Of a stretch of 64,000 nt of DNA, positions 19,741 to 28,878 are shown in pieces (the stretch's first letter is position 1; every line of letters starts with the position of its first letter). The position numbers and the translations under genes were made by a program. The stretch comes from an uncultured Candidatus Rokubacteria bacterium (GTDB taxonomy: Bacteria > Methylomirabilota > Methylomirabilia > Rokubacteriales > CSP1-6). The DNA is taken from assembly GCA_963754315.1 (NCBI GenBank), contig CAVWFS010000007.1:416001-480000 (forward strand), written 5' to 3'. The notes beneath the pieces were generated by a model. That model worked only from the letters and a program-made list of their open reading frames with translations, was not told the origin of the DNA and did not search any database.

Positions 19741-19814
19741 AACACAACGAGCGCTTTCCGGAGCATCGGAAGCGGCCGTCGGCCTTTCGGTGATCGACTA
19801 TGGCGGCCCGGCAC

Positions 19815-19940
19815 CGGGCCGACCGGATGCAGGCGGTATTGGAAACGACGGCACGATTCCGAGATTCGCGCACCGGCGCCACGGATCCCCCAGTAGAGGT
19901 CTTCGTTCTCCTCGGCGCTCACCGTGAGGACGGCGACCAT
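19815..19940 (-). pseudogene. Internal fragment of an FAD-binding oxidoreductase
   Basis: VLTVSAEENEDLYWGIRGAG(A)NLGIVPSF..RLHPVGP across frames. Confidence 0.65.
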
Positions 19941-20226
19941 TGGCTCCCTCGTCCGGGGCCGGAGGGCCGACACGAACGCCTGACCGCCGCCGTGGATCGG
20001 ATCGAGGCCCGGCTCTCGTTCTCAGAGTTGGACAAACGACTTCTCCGGCTCGAGATTCTTCAAGAGCCCGGCGCCTCCGTCCTCCGCCGCCCGACAAGTC
20101 CGCGATTATCTGTCGCCTCTGACCGATTTCCGTCTGGTTCCAGTCACGTGGGCTGATCTGTCATCGGCTGGCTCCCCGTAGCCCGCAGGGCGAAGGGGGG
20201 TCATCGGTCATCGGGCTTTGGTTTCC

Positions 20227-20258
20227 GCTTGGAGCTTGATGCTTGGAGCTTGATGCTT
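20227..20258 (+). repeat. Heptamer-based tandem repeat (GGAGCTT-GATGCTT)x2
   Basis: gctt ggagctt gatgctt ggagctt gatgctt directly upstream of alaS; TCATCGG x2 at 20201-20214. Confidence 0.7.
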
Positions 20259-20274
20259 CTATGATCGTCCGCGA

Positions 20275-23013
20275 ATGAAAACGGACGAGATCCGCGAGCA
20301 CTGTCTCAAGTTTTACGAGGCCCGGGGCCACGCCCGGTACCCGTCGGACTCGCTCGTCCCCTCGAACGACCCGTCGCTCCTCTTCACGTCGGCGGGGATG
20401 GCCCAGTTCAAGGACATGTTCCTCGGCATCGGGAAGCTCCCCCACAAGCGGATCACCACCGTCCAGCGGTGCCTGCGGGTGGGCGACCTCGAGAACGTCG
20501 GCCGCACCGCGCGCCACCACACGTTCTTCGAGATGCTCGGCAACTTCTCGTTCGGCGACTACTTCAAGGCCCACGCGATCCCCTGGTGCTGGGACTTCTA
20601 CACGGGGGACCTCGGCATCCCCGCAGACCGGCTCTGGGCTTCGATCTACGAGAAGGACGACGAGGCCGAGGCGGTCTGGAAGAAGCTCGGGAAGCTGAAG
20701 CACCCGATCGTCAAGATGGGCGAGGCGGACAACTTCTGGCCCGCAAACGCCCCGTCGCAGGGCCCCAACGGCCCGTGCGGGCCCTGCAGCGAGCTCTACT
20801 ACGACTTCGGCCAGGGCCCCTGGTGGTGCGGGAAGTGCACGGAGCCCGGCCACTCCTGCGACCGGTTCGTCGAGATCGGCAACATCGTCTTCACGCAGTA
20901 CGAGCGCCAGGACGGCGGCGTCCTGAAACCCCTTCCCCAGAAGAACATCGACTTCGGCGGTGGCCTCGAACGCGTCGCGGCGATCATGCAGGGCGTCCAC
21001 TCGAATTACGACATCGACATCTTCAAGGCGATCATCGCCCAGGAGACGCGCGTCCTGAAGATCCAGCCCACGCCGGAGAACGGGCGGCGGTTCCGTCGCA
21101 TCGCGGACCACGCGCGCGCCCTCGTCTTCTGCATCGCCGACGGCGTGCGTCCCACCAACGAGGGCCGCGGCTACGTCGTCCGCCGCATCCTGCGCACCGC
21201 CTTCCGCGACGGGTGGAAGCTCCGGCGGACGGCGAACCTGGAGCCGGAGCCGTTCCTCCACAAGCTGGTGGAGATGGTCGCGGACCAGATGCGCGCCGCG
21301 ATGCCGCTCTCGCTGGACCAGCGTCAAGTCGCGACCACGACAATCCAGACGGAGGAGGCGCAATTCCTCAAGACGATCGAGCGGGGCATGGGCGTCGTCG
21401 AGAGCAAGGTGGCCGAGCTCAAGAAAGCGGGAAAAACGCAGCTCGATGGAAAAGCCGGGTTCGATCTCTACCAGAGCCACGGGTTCCCGATCGAGCTGAC
21501 GATCGATGTGCTGGGCGAGTATGGAATGACCGTTGACACGGAGGGCTTCCGGAGAGCCCTTCACGAGGAGCAGGACCGCGCGCGCACGAACGACGCGATC
21601 TTCGATCCCAACAGCCCGCTCACCAAGGTGAAGGAACAGAGGATCAAGACGACCGAGTTCCTCGGCTACGGCATCCGCGTCGCGGACATCGGCAAGCCCG
21701 TCAACGTCAGCATCCTGCGCATCGTGAACCTCGACCCGGAGTCGCTCGCCAAATTCAACGAGTCGAAGAAAGACATGGCGGGGGTCACGCGCCTGATCGG
21801 CAAGGGGACCATCGTGGATTCCGCCGAGGAGGGCGACTGGGTCGCCATCTTGTGCGACAAGACCCCCTTCTACGCGGACGCGGGCGGGCAGATCGGCGAC
21901 GCGGGCCGGATCCGGACCCGCGAGGCGGACGTGGAGATCACGGACACGCGGAAGCCGGACGGCTACTTCTTCCACCTCGGCAAAGTGGTGAAGGGGCCGC
22001 TCCGCCCGGGCCTCGCCACGGGCCTCGTCGACGAGCCGCGGCGGCTGAACATCATGCGCAACCACACCGGGACGCACCTGCTGCACGCGGCCCTGCGCGC
22101 GGTGCTGGGGACCCACGTCACGCAGGCGGGCTCGGTCGTGGAGCCCGACCGCCTCCGCTTCGACTTCCACCACCCGAAGCCGGTGACCTTGGAAGAGCGG
22201 CGGAAGATCGAGGACTGGGTGAACCGGATCATCTTCGAGGACCGCGAGGTGACGAAGATCGAGATGTCGATGGCGGAGGCGAAGGCGAAGGGCGCGCTCA
22301 TGTTCTTCGGCGACAAGTACGGCGACCGCGTGCGCGTCGTGACGGTGGGCGACGCGGAGTCGGTTGAGCTCTGCGGCGGCACGCACCTCGAGCGCGCGGC
22401 GACGATCGGCGCGCTTCGGATCACGAGCGAGAGCGCGATCGGCAGCGGCGTGCGGCGCGTCGAGGCGGTGACCGGCCCCGGGGCGGTCGAGGCGGCGCGC
22501 CAGCAGGAGGACCTCGTCCTCGAGCTGTCGCGGGAGCTCGGCGTCCCCGTCGCGGACCTCCCGCGCCGCATCAAGCAGATCCTCAAGGACGTCCAAGAGC
22601 TGAAGAGCGAAGTCGGGCGGCTGCGCCGGGGCGGCGGCGGCGCGAACGGCGTCGAGGTGCTCATCAACGAGGCGAAGGCGATCGGTGCGGAGAGAGTCAT
22701 CGAGGCCAAGCTCGAGTCCGGCCAGGTGGACGACGCGCGGGCGCTGATGGACGAGTTGACCAAGAAGCGCAGGATCGGCGTGGCGATCCTCGCCGTGCCG
22801 GGCGAGCGTCCAGCATTCGTGATCGGCGTCCGCGAAGATCTCGTGACGTCGAAGGGCTTGAAGGCGGGCGACATTGCGAAGGAAGTCGGCAAGGCGTGCG
22901 GCGGCGGAGGCGGCGGACGCGAGCTGCAGGCCCAAGCCGGCGCCTCGGACGCGTCCAAGATCCAGCTGGGTTTCGACACTTTTGAAGCCGCGGTCCGCCA
23001 GAAACTCGCTTAA
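20275..23013 (+). CDS. alaS: Alanine--tRNA ligase
   Basis: DPSLLFTSAGMAQFK, RHHTFFEMLGNFSFGDYFK, GPCGPCSE, RIADHAR, NHTGTHLLH and ELCGGTH editing motifs, GGGGG DHHA1 tail. Confidence 0.98.
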   Translation: MKTDEIREHCLKFYEARGHARYPSDSLVPSNDPSLLFTSAGMAQFKDMFLGIGKLPHKRITTVQRCLRVGDLENVGRTARHHTFFEMLGNFSFGDYFKAHAIPWCWDFYTGDLGIPADRLWASIYEKDDEAEAVWKKLGKLKHPIVKMGEADNFWPANAPSQGPNGPCGPCSELYYDFGQGPWWCGKCTEPGHSCDRFVEIGNIVFTQYERQDGGVLKPLPQKNIDFGGGLERVAAIMQGVHSNYDIDIFKAIIAQETRVLKIQPTPENGRRFRRIADHARALVFCIADGVRPTNEGRGYVVRRILRTAFRDGWKLRRTANLEPEPFLHKLVEMVADQMRAAMPLSLDQRQVATTTIQTEEAQFLKTIERGMGVVESKVAELKKAGKTQLDGKAGFDLYQSHGFPIELTIDVLGEYGMTVDTEGFRRALHEEQDRARTNDAIFDPNSPLTKVKEQRIKTTEFLGYGIRVADIGKPVNVSILRIVNLDPESLAKFNESKKDMAGVTRLIGKGTIVDSAEEGDWVAILCDKTPFYADAGGQIGDAGRIRTREADVEITDTRKPDGYFFHLGKVVKGPLRPGLATGLVDEPRRLNIMRNHTGTHLLHAALRAVLGTHVTQAGSVVEPDRLRFDFHHPKPVTLEERRKIEDWVNRIIFEDREVTKIEMSMAEAKAKGALMFFGDKYGDRVRVVTVGDAESVELCGGTHLERAATIGALRITSESAIGSGVRRVEAVTGPGAVEAARQQEDLVLELSRELGVPVADLPRRIKQILKDVQELKSEVGRLRRGGGGANGVEVLINEAKAIGAERVIEAKLESGQVDDARALMDELTKKRRIGVAILAVPGERPAFVIGVREDLVTSKGLKAGDIAKEVGKACGGGGGGRELQAQAGASDASKIQLGFDTFEAAVRQKLA

Positions 23014-23132
23014 CTGCCACCAGATTCCACATTCCGGATTCCAAGGCGTTCTTTGCTTCCGGGTTAAGATTTCCGCCCGGTCTTGCTTTCCTCACTTCTA
23101 TCTCCTGTACTTCCCGCTTCCGGATAGGGACC

Positions 23133-23266
23133 ATGCCGACCCCGAAAAGGAAACTCACAAACAGCTGGCGAAAGCACCGGCGGTCGCACGACCACATGCA
23201 CGTGCCGAATCTCTTCGTCTGCCCCGCTGCAACCAGCCCAAGCAGTCGCACCGCGTGTGTCTCGTG
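23133..23266 (+). pseudogene. rpmF: 50S ribosomal protein L32, 1-nt shift at a C run (about 23223) and 3'-truncated
   Basis: MPTPKRKLTNSWRKHRRSHDHMHVPNLFVCP|RCNQPKQSHRVCLV then unrelated sequence; not called in the ORF track. Confidence 0.85.
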
Positions 23267-23336
23267 CGCTTGGGGGCGGGAACCTGCGTGAGTATCGTTG
23301 CCCTCTACCTCAGCCGCTTCCACTGAGCCCCCCACG

Positions 23337-24551
23337 TCAGCGTCGCGAGAGCAGACACCCGATCGCCGCGAGCTGAACGACCGCCGCCACGCCGAACATC
23401 ACCGGCGTATCGATCGAACGTACGACGCCGAAGGTGCCCGGCGCGAACGCATAGGTCGCTTGCGCGATGGCGACGGCCAGCGACACGATGCGCTGGACGT
23501 CGCCCCGTGCGAATTCCGTCTGCGCGATCATCGGCGGCAGGGACGTCGCGTTGCCGATGCCGACGCCGAACAGACAGACGCCCAGCAGGAGCACCGACGT
23601 GCTCGATCCGTACGCCAGTGCGGCCAGCACCGAGCCAACGGCCTGCACCCCGTAGCTCGCGCAAGCGATGACGCGCCGGTTCGCGCCAGGCGGCATCAGC
23701 CAGCCAACGAGCGTGCGGCCCGCGATGCCGAGGCCGGCCGCGATCCCCATCGCCACGCCGGCGTGGTCCGCGCCGAGCACCGGCACGAGGATCGAGAACA
23801 GGTGCGCGAGCAGCCCGATCTGCGCGAACAGCCCGAGCGCCATGCCGGCGACCAGCGTGAGGAACTTCGCGTGACGCCACAGCGTCCGTCCCGGTAACGG
23901 TAGCGCCGCGCGCGGCGAGGCCGGCGACGACGGGGTGGCCGGCGCATCACCATCCGGCGCTTGACCGATGTCCTCGGGCCGGAGCGAGAACACCGTGCGA
24001 GAAAGGGTCCATATCGTGATCACCATCACGGTTCCCATCGCCGTCGCCGCCGCGACGAAGCCGACGCGCCCGATGAGCGCGACCCACAGCGGCGTGAAGA
24101 CCAGACCGCCGATGCTCGCCCCGTTGTACGCCGTGGCCAGGGCCGCCGGCCGGGCGCGCTCGAACCATGGCGCGACGATCGCGTTGACTGCCGCCGCGCC
24201 CATCGCTACCCAACCGCCGCCGCTGAGGATCGCCGCGGCGAAGAGCTGTAATGGCGTGGCGGCGATGGCCCAGGCGACCACGCCTCCCGCGAGCGTCAGC
24301 ACGCCGGCCGATGTCACGCGGGAGACGCCGAAGCGGCGGTACAGCGCCGGAAGATTCGCGATCACGATCGCGCCGACGAGAAAGTGCACCGTGACGACGC
24401 TTGACACGAGCGGCAACGGCCAGCCAGTCCGTTGGATGACGGTGTGCAGATACACCGGCGGCCCATAAAAGCCGACACCCCACCCGAACACCGCGAGAGC
24501 GAACGCCGACCAGACAACCCGCCAGCCGAAGAACCGTGCCCTGCCCGCCAT
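23337..24551 (-). CDS. MFS transporter
   Basis: FFGWRVV..AF.LAVFGWGVGFYG, WFERARPAALATAYNGASIGG; about 12 hydrophobic segments. Confidence 0.9.
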   Translation of the reverse strand: MAGRARFFGWRVVWSAFALAVFGWGVGFYGPPVYLHTVIQRTGWPLPLVSSVVTVHFLVGAIVIANLPALYRRFGVSRVTSAGVLTLAGGVVAWAIAATPLQLFAAAILSGGGWVAMGAAAVNAIVAPWFERARPAALATAYNGASIGGLVFTPLWVALIGRVGFVAAATAMGTVMVITIWTLSRTVFSLRPEDIGQAPDGDAPATPSSPASPRAALPLPGRTLWRHAKFLTLVAGMALGLFAQIGLLAHLFSILVPVLGADHAGVAMGIAAGLGIAGRTLVGWLMPPGANRRVIACASYGVQAVGSVLAALAYGSSTSVLLLGVCLFGVGIGNATSLPPMIAQTEFARGDVQRIVSLAVAIAQATYAFAPGTFGVVRSIDTPVMFGVAAVVQLAAIGCLLSRR

Positions 24552-24638
24552 AGTGCTACAGCATGGCCGGAGAACCGCCCCCGTCGCTTCGGCGCTCACC
24601 GAAGTGTGCGGGTCCGGCACATGATAGGGTAGAAATGT

Positions 24639-25361
24639 ATGGCTACCGCGTTCCAGATTGCCGAGCTCGCGTCGCACGTAGGCGAGCCGCCACGAGCGGC
24701 GATGCTCGAGGCGCTCATGGACGGCCGGGCGCTCACCGCCAGCGAGCTCGCCCGTGTCGCGGAGATCATGCCACAGACGGCCAGCGCCCACCTCGCCCGG
24801 CTGACCGCGGGCGGTCTGATCCGCGTCGTTCGACAGGGCCGCCACCGGTATCATCGGTTGGCGACGCCTCACGTGGCCCGTCTGCTGGAAGAGGTCATGC
24901 GAATGGCGTCGACGCGCGAGCCGGCGCTGCGCCGCCTCGTCACGGGACCGCGCGACGCCGCTCTCAGAGAGGCGCGCATATGCTTCGATCACCTGGCCGG
25001 GCGTCTGGGCGTCATGATCGCCGATGCCTTGGTCGAGCGCGGCGCCGTCGAGCTCGACGATGACGGTGGGGTGGTGACCGAGCGCGGGGTCGCGTTCCTC
25101 CAGCGCGCCGGCATCACGCTCGTCAACGACGGTGTCCGGTGCGGGGCACGCCCGCTCTGCCGGCCGTGTCTCGATTGGAGCGAGCGGCGGTTCCACATCG
25201 CCGGCAAGCTTGGCGCCGCGATGTGCGGGCGGTTCCTCGAGCAGCGATGGGTGCGCCGTCTCGACGACACGCGTGCCCTCGAAGTGTCCGCGGCCGGCGC
25301 CGCTGGCCTGCGCACGATGCTCGGCGTCGAACGGCTCGGCGCCTGCCGTGAATCTATCTGA
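24639..25361 (+). CDS. ArsR-family wHTH regulator, divergent from the MFS gene
   Basis: GEPPRAAML.ALMDGRALTASELA, ARICFDHLAGRLGV, CLDWSERRFHIAG. Confidence 0.9.
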   Translation: MATAFQIAELASHVGEPPRAAMLEALMDGRALTASELARVAEIMPQTASAHLARLTAGGLIRVVRQGRHRYHRLATPHVARLLEEVMRMASTREPALRRLVTGPRDAALREARICFDHLAGRLGVMIADALVERGAVELDDDGGVVTERGVAFLQRAGITLVNDGVRCGARPLCRPCLDWSERRFHIAGKLGAAMCGRFLEQRWVRRLDDTRALEVSAAGAAGLRTMLGVERLGACRESI

Positions 25362-25715
25362 GCGCGCCCAGGGTGAGATACATGCCGATCAGGAGCAGCG
25401 CCGCGAAGAAGATCGCTCGAAAAACGCCCACACTGATGCGGCTTGGGACGAGCCGACCGAGCAACATGTCGCCCAACGACGGCATGACGGCGAGCAGCGA
25501 CGCGCCTGCGTGCGCCAGGTCGAACGCATCGACGCGGCGCAGGCCGGCCCTGAGGGTGATCGTCGAAACCGTGAAGGACAGCCCGAGTGCTTGGATCAAC
25601 TCGTTCTTTTGCAGTCCGAGAGACTGAGGATAAGGGACAGATGGGATCGAGAACACGCCGGTCGCACCCGTCGCCAGACCGGTGATCAAGCCGACCATTG
25701 GCGACGGGGTCGGGT
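25354..25715 (-). pseudogene. TauE/SafE-family exporter, C-terminal half only
   Basis: SPMVGLITG..TGATGVF.IP.VPY.QSLGL.KNELIQALGLSFTVST. Confidence 0.7.
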
Positions 25716-25720
25716 CGTGC

Positions 25721-26605
25721 ATGGCTGCAGCGGGTAGCGTTGGAGTGCTTGCGTTCGAGACGGTACGCGGCGTCTCGCCGCTCGGCAGGTGGAGCTACAC
25801 CGTGTGGCGGCCGCCGAAGCTTCAGGGACTGATCGACCATCTCTGGGCGTATGAGGGCCCGAGCTCGCATCGCCGCAAGCGAGTCTTCCCGAACGGCCGC
25901 GTCGAGCTCATCCTCAACTTCGGTGAGCGTTACCGACTGGTCGCGGGCTGCGGGGAAGTGAGCCCGACCACCTGGCTCAGCGGTCCGCAGGTAGGACCAA
26001 TCCTGCTCGAGCAGCCCGCGCACCAGCACGTCCTCGGCGTGCGGCTGCGGCCGGCGGGCGCGCGCGCTGTCGTCGCGCGGCCAATGCGCCACACGACCGG
26101 CCTCTCGTTGGACCTCAGCGACCTCATCGGCCCGGAAGCCGCCGAGCTTCTGGACCGCTGCGCTGAGGCACCCTCGATCGAGCGTCGCTTCCGCGTTGTC
26201 GCCCAGTGGATCGCCAGATGCTTCGGGCGGACGCAGCGTATGGACCGAGCCGTCGCCTGGGCGGTCGCGCAGCTCGACGCGAGCGGTGGCACCACCTCGA
26301 TCGCCACGCTGCGCGAGCGGACGGGGTTCTCGAAGACGCAGCTGGTCGAGGCGTTCCGTGACGAGGTCGGTCTCACGCCGAAGCTGTACGGTCGCATCGT
26401 GCGCTTCCAGCGAGCGCTCCTCCAGCTACAGACCGCGGGACCAGCGCGGCTGACAGACGTGGCGCTCGACGCGCAGTACTACGACCAGGCGCACATGAAC
26501 GCGGACTTCCGTGCCCTGGGCGGCGTCACTCCCCGTGCATTCCTGGCCGCGCGACACCCCGTCGGCGACGGGTCCACGGTCAGCGAGGGCCCTCCAGCCT
26601 CCTGA
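25721..26605 (+). CDS. AraC-family regulator (DUF6597-type N-terminus)
   Basis: VFPNGRVELILN, GVRLRPAGA, F...VGLTPK.YGRIVRF, YYDQAHMNADF....GVTP. Confidence 0.9.
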   Translation: MAAAGSVGVLAFETVRGVSPLGRWSYTVWRPPKLQGLIDHLWAYEGPSSHRRKRVFPNGRVELILNFGERYRLVAGCGEVSPTTWLSGPQVGPILLEQPAHQHVLGVRLRPAGARAVVARPMRHTTGLSLDLSDLIGPEAAELLDRCAEAPSIERRFRVVAQWIARCFGRTQRMDRAVAWAVAQLDASGGTTSIATLRERTGFSKTQLVEAFRDEVGLTPKLYGRIVRFQRALLQLQTAGPARLTDVALDAQYYDQAHMNADFRALGGVTPRAFLAARHPVGDGSTVSEGPPAS

Positions 26606-26649
26606 CTTTTCTCCAAGACGCGGTGGGTCCGGCGGTATAAAACGTCGAT

Positions 26650-27672
26650 ATGGACACACAACTTCCTCCGCCCATGGTGATCTACCAGCTCGCGAGCGCC
26701 CACTACGTCTCGCAGGCACTCTACGTGGCTGCCCACCTCGGGATCGCTGATTTCCTCGCCAGCGGCCCGCAGTCACACGACACGCTCGCGGCCAAGACCG
26801 GGACCCACGCGGGGTCGCTTCGTCGCGTGCTGCGGCTGCTCGCCAGCGTTGGCGTGTTCACCGAGGCCGCCGACGGGCGCTTCGAGCTGACGCCCGTCGG
26901 CTCGGCGCTTCGCAGCGGGCCGGACTCGGCTCGGGCCACGGCGCAGCTGGTCGCCGGTCCCATGGTCTGGCAATGCTGGGGAGAGCTGCTAACCACGGTG
27001 CGCACCGGGGAGCCGGCGTTTCCGCGGATGTTCAAGGGCGGCTCCTTCCAGTACTTCGCCGACCATCCCGAGGAAGCGGCGGTGTTCGACGAGGCGATGG
27101 GCTCGTTCACCGCGGTGATCTCCGGTCTGGTGGCGACCGCCTACGACTTCTCCGCCATGCGCGAGGTGATCGACGTCGGCGGAGGGGATGGCAGGCTGCT
27201 GACGGGAATCCTCCGTGCGTATCCGAGCCTGCAGGGAACGGTCTTCGATCTCCCGCGGCTGGCCGAACGTGCCACGCGGCAGATCGCGGACGCCGGTCTC
27301 GCCGATCGCTATCGGTTCGTCGTCGGCGATTTCTTCGAGGCGATCCCCGAGGGCTTCGACGCGTATCTGCTGAAGCACGTCATTCACGATTGGGATGACG
27401 CGGACGCCGTTCGCATCCTCGAGAACTGTCGGCAGGCGATGGGACCCCAAGCGAAGCTCCTGATCGTCGAGGGAATGTACCCGCCGCGCATCGACAGCTC
27501 GCCACCAAGCCGCGGCGCGGCGGCGAACGACGTCAACATGCTGGTGTGCACGGGCGGCCGCCAGCGCTCCGAGGCCGAGTTTCGCGACCTCTACGCCGCG
27601 GCCGGCTTCCGCTTGACGCGCATCGTCCCGACGAAGGCCGCATGGTGCGTCATCGAAGGGGCGAAGGCCTGA
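26650..27672 (+). CDS. SAM-dependent O-methyltransferase (Methyltransf_2)
   Basis: VIDVGGGDG, GDFF, YLLKHVIHDWDD, GGRQRSEAEF. Confidence 0.92.
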   Translation: MDTQLPPPMVIYQLASAHYVSQALYVAAHLGIADFLASGPQSHDTLAAKTGTHAGSLRRVLRLLASVGVFTEAADGRFELTPVGSALRSGPDSARATAQLVAGPMVWQCWGELLTTVRTGEPAFPRMFKGGSFQYFADHPEEAAVFDEAMGSFTAVISGLVATAYDFSAMREVIDVGGGDGRLLTGILRAYPSLQGTVFDLPRLAERATRQIADAGLADRYRFVVGDFFEAIPEGFDAYLLKHVIHDWDDADAVRILENCRQAMGPQAKLLIVEGMYPPRIDSSPPSRGAAANDVNMLVCTGGRQRSEAEFRDLYAAAGFRLTRIVPTKAAWCVIEGAKA

Positions 27673-27699
27673 CCGGGAAGCCCAGGAATTCGTCGTGGC

Positions 27700-27869
27700 T
27701 GAAACACCAGTGGCCGCCGCACGATGCCGTCGATCCGCAGCCGCCACTGCCGCGGGTCGACGCGCGCTACGCCCAGATGGGCGAGCACGTGCACGTGGTC
27801 GGTGGGCGCGATGAAGTCTTTGAGTCTCGAGACCGGTCCCCGGCGCTTGAAGGGCGTGGACGGATCCAT
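27700..27869 (-). pseudogene. N-terminal fragment of a molybdopterin oxidoreductase (paralog of 10296-11306)
   Basis: MDPSTPFKR...VLAHLGVARVDPRQWRLRIDGIVRRP aligns by eye with LDPQGPFKR...VLCHLGVPRLDQDRWSLTIDGLVEHP. Confidence 0.7.
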
Positions 27870-28014
27870 GTCTACCGCCGGATGATTCTCGGCCTGGCCC
27901 TTCATCAGCTCAAACCAGCAAGGCATCGACGGCGGCGGCGCACGGAATGACCAGATGAGTCCCGAGCGCCGTCATCGGTCGTCACCCATCTTCATGGGAC
28001 TTCCTCGTCGCGGG

Positions 28015-28488
28015 CTACTTCTTCGTCCCGAACATCGCTTGCACGCGCTTCTGCATCTCGTCCGGCGCCACGTCTTCCTGGTGGGTGGCCACCCACCAGA
28101 GGTGCCCGAAGGGATCCTCGAGCTGTCCGGAGCGATCGCCATAGAACTGGTCCATGACGGGCTTGCGCACAGTGGCGCCCGCGCTCACCGCCTTCTTGAA
28201 GAAGGCGTCGACGTCCTCCACATAGAGATGCATGCTCACCGGCGACCCGCCCAGGGCTTCCGGTGCCTTCCCACCGTACTCCGGGAACTCATCCGACAGC
28301 ATGACGATCGAATCGCTCAGGACGATCTCGGCATGGCCCACGCGCCCGTCGGGCATCATCAACCGGTAGCGCTCGATCGCGCCGAACGCTTTCTTGTAGA
28401 ACTGCAACGCCTCGGCCGCGTTCTTGATGGCCAGGTAGGGGGTGACGGTCCGGTGGCCTTCCGGGATCGGCTTCACTTTGTTCGGCAT
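28015..28488 (-). CDS. VOC/PhnB-family protein
   Basis: VKPIPEGHRTVTPYL, FYKKAFGA, DQFYGDRSG.LEDPFGHLW. Confidence 0.92.
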   Translation of the reverse strand: MPNKVKPIPEGHRTVTPYLAIKNAAEALQFYKKAFGAIERYRLMMPDGRVGHAEIVLSDSIVMLSDEFPEYGGKAPEALGGSPVSMHLYVEDVDAFFKKAVSAGATVRKPVMDQFYGDRSGQLEDPFGHLWWVATHQEDVAPDEMQKRVQAMFGTKK

Positions 28489-28513
28489 GACGTCGTCCTC
28501 CTCTTCTCTCGCT

Positions 28514-28600
28514 TCAGGTCTCGAGCACCGTCATCACGTAGAGCAGGTGCCCATAGCGGTCTTCGAAGTAGAATCCGCGGCCGCCGCGGCGGCAGTTCAC
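28514..28600 (-). pseudogene. C-terminal fragment of a VOC gene (paralog of 34130-34540)
   Basis: RRGGRGFYFEDRYGHLLYVMTVLET versus RRGGRGFYFEDPYGHLLEVMTVPET. Confidence 0.75.
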
Positions 28601-28878
28601 GAGGCCGCCCTCCGGCCTGGGCCAGTCGCTCTCGCCCATGTCACTCCGGACTGGACAGTTCCGGGGCGGCGAGGCGAACCGCGTCGATCCGTCAGCGATG
28701 GCCCGCGGACACCTTGCAGGCGACGCCCCATCCGGATGAGCGCCTGGCCCAGTACGATCCGGAGCGGGCGGGAGCGGAGCCACACGACGCGCCCCTGATG
28801 CGACCGCTCGGCCTCCGCTCGAAGCTCGGCGATCCGCTCCCGCGCCAGCATCTCGAGCGCGTACTCGTTCATGTCCAT
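28597..28878 (-). CDS. Small hypothetical protein, MDMNEY-like family copy 3
   Basis: MDMNEYALEMLARERIAELRAEAER...RPLRIVLGQALIRMGRRL; overlaps the DedA stop. Confidence 0.7.
   Translation of the reverse strand: MDMNEYALEMLARERIAELRAEAERSHQGRVVWLRSRPLRIVLGQALIRMGRRLQGVRGPSLTDRRGSPRRPGTVQSGVTWARATGPGRRAAS

Noticed and set aside
20161..22935. 924-aa minus-strand ORF and many other long antisense ORFs
   Set aside because: Shadow frames of real high-GC genes (here alaS); no recognisable motifs.
23337..25196. 619-aa version of the MFS ORF
   Set aside because: The N-terminal extension is antisense to the ArsR gene; the MFS starts at 24551.
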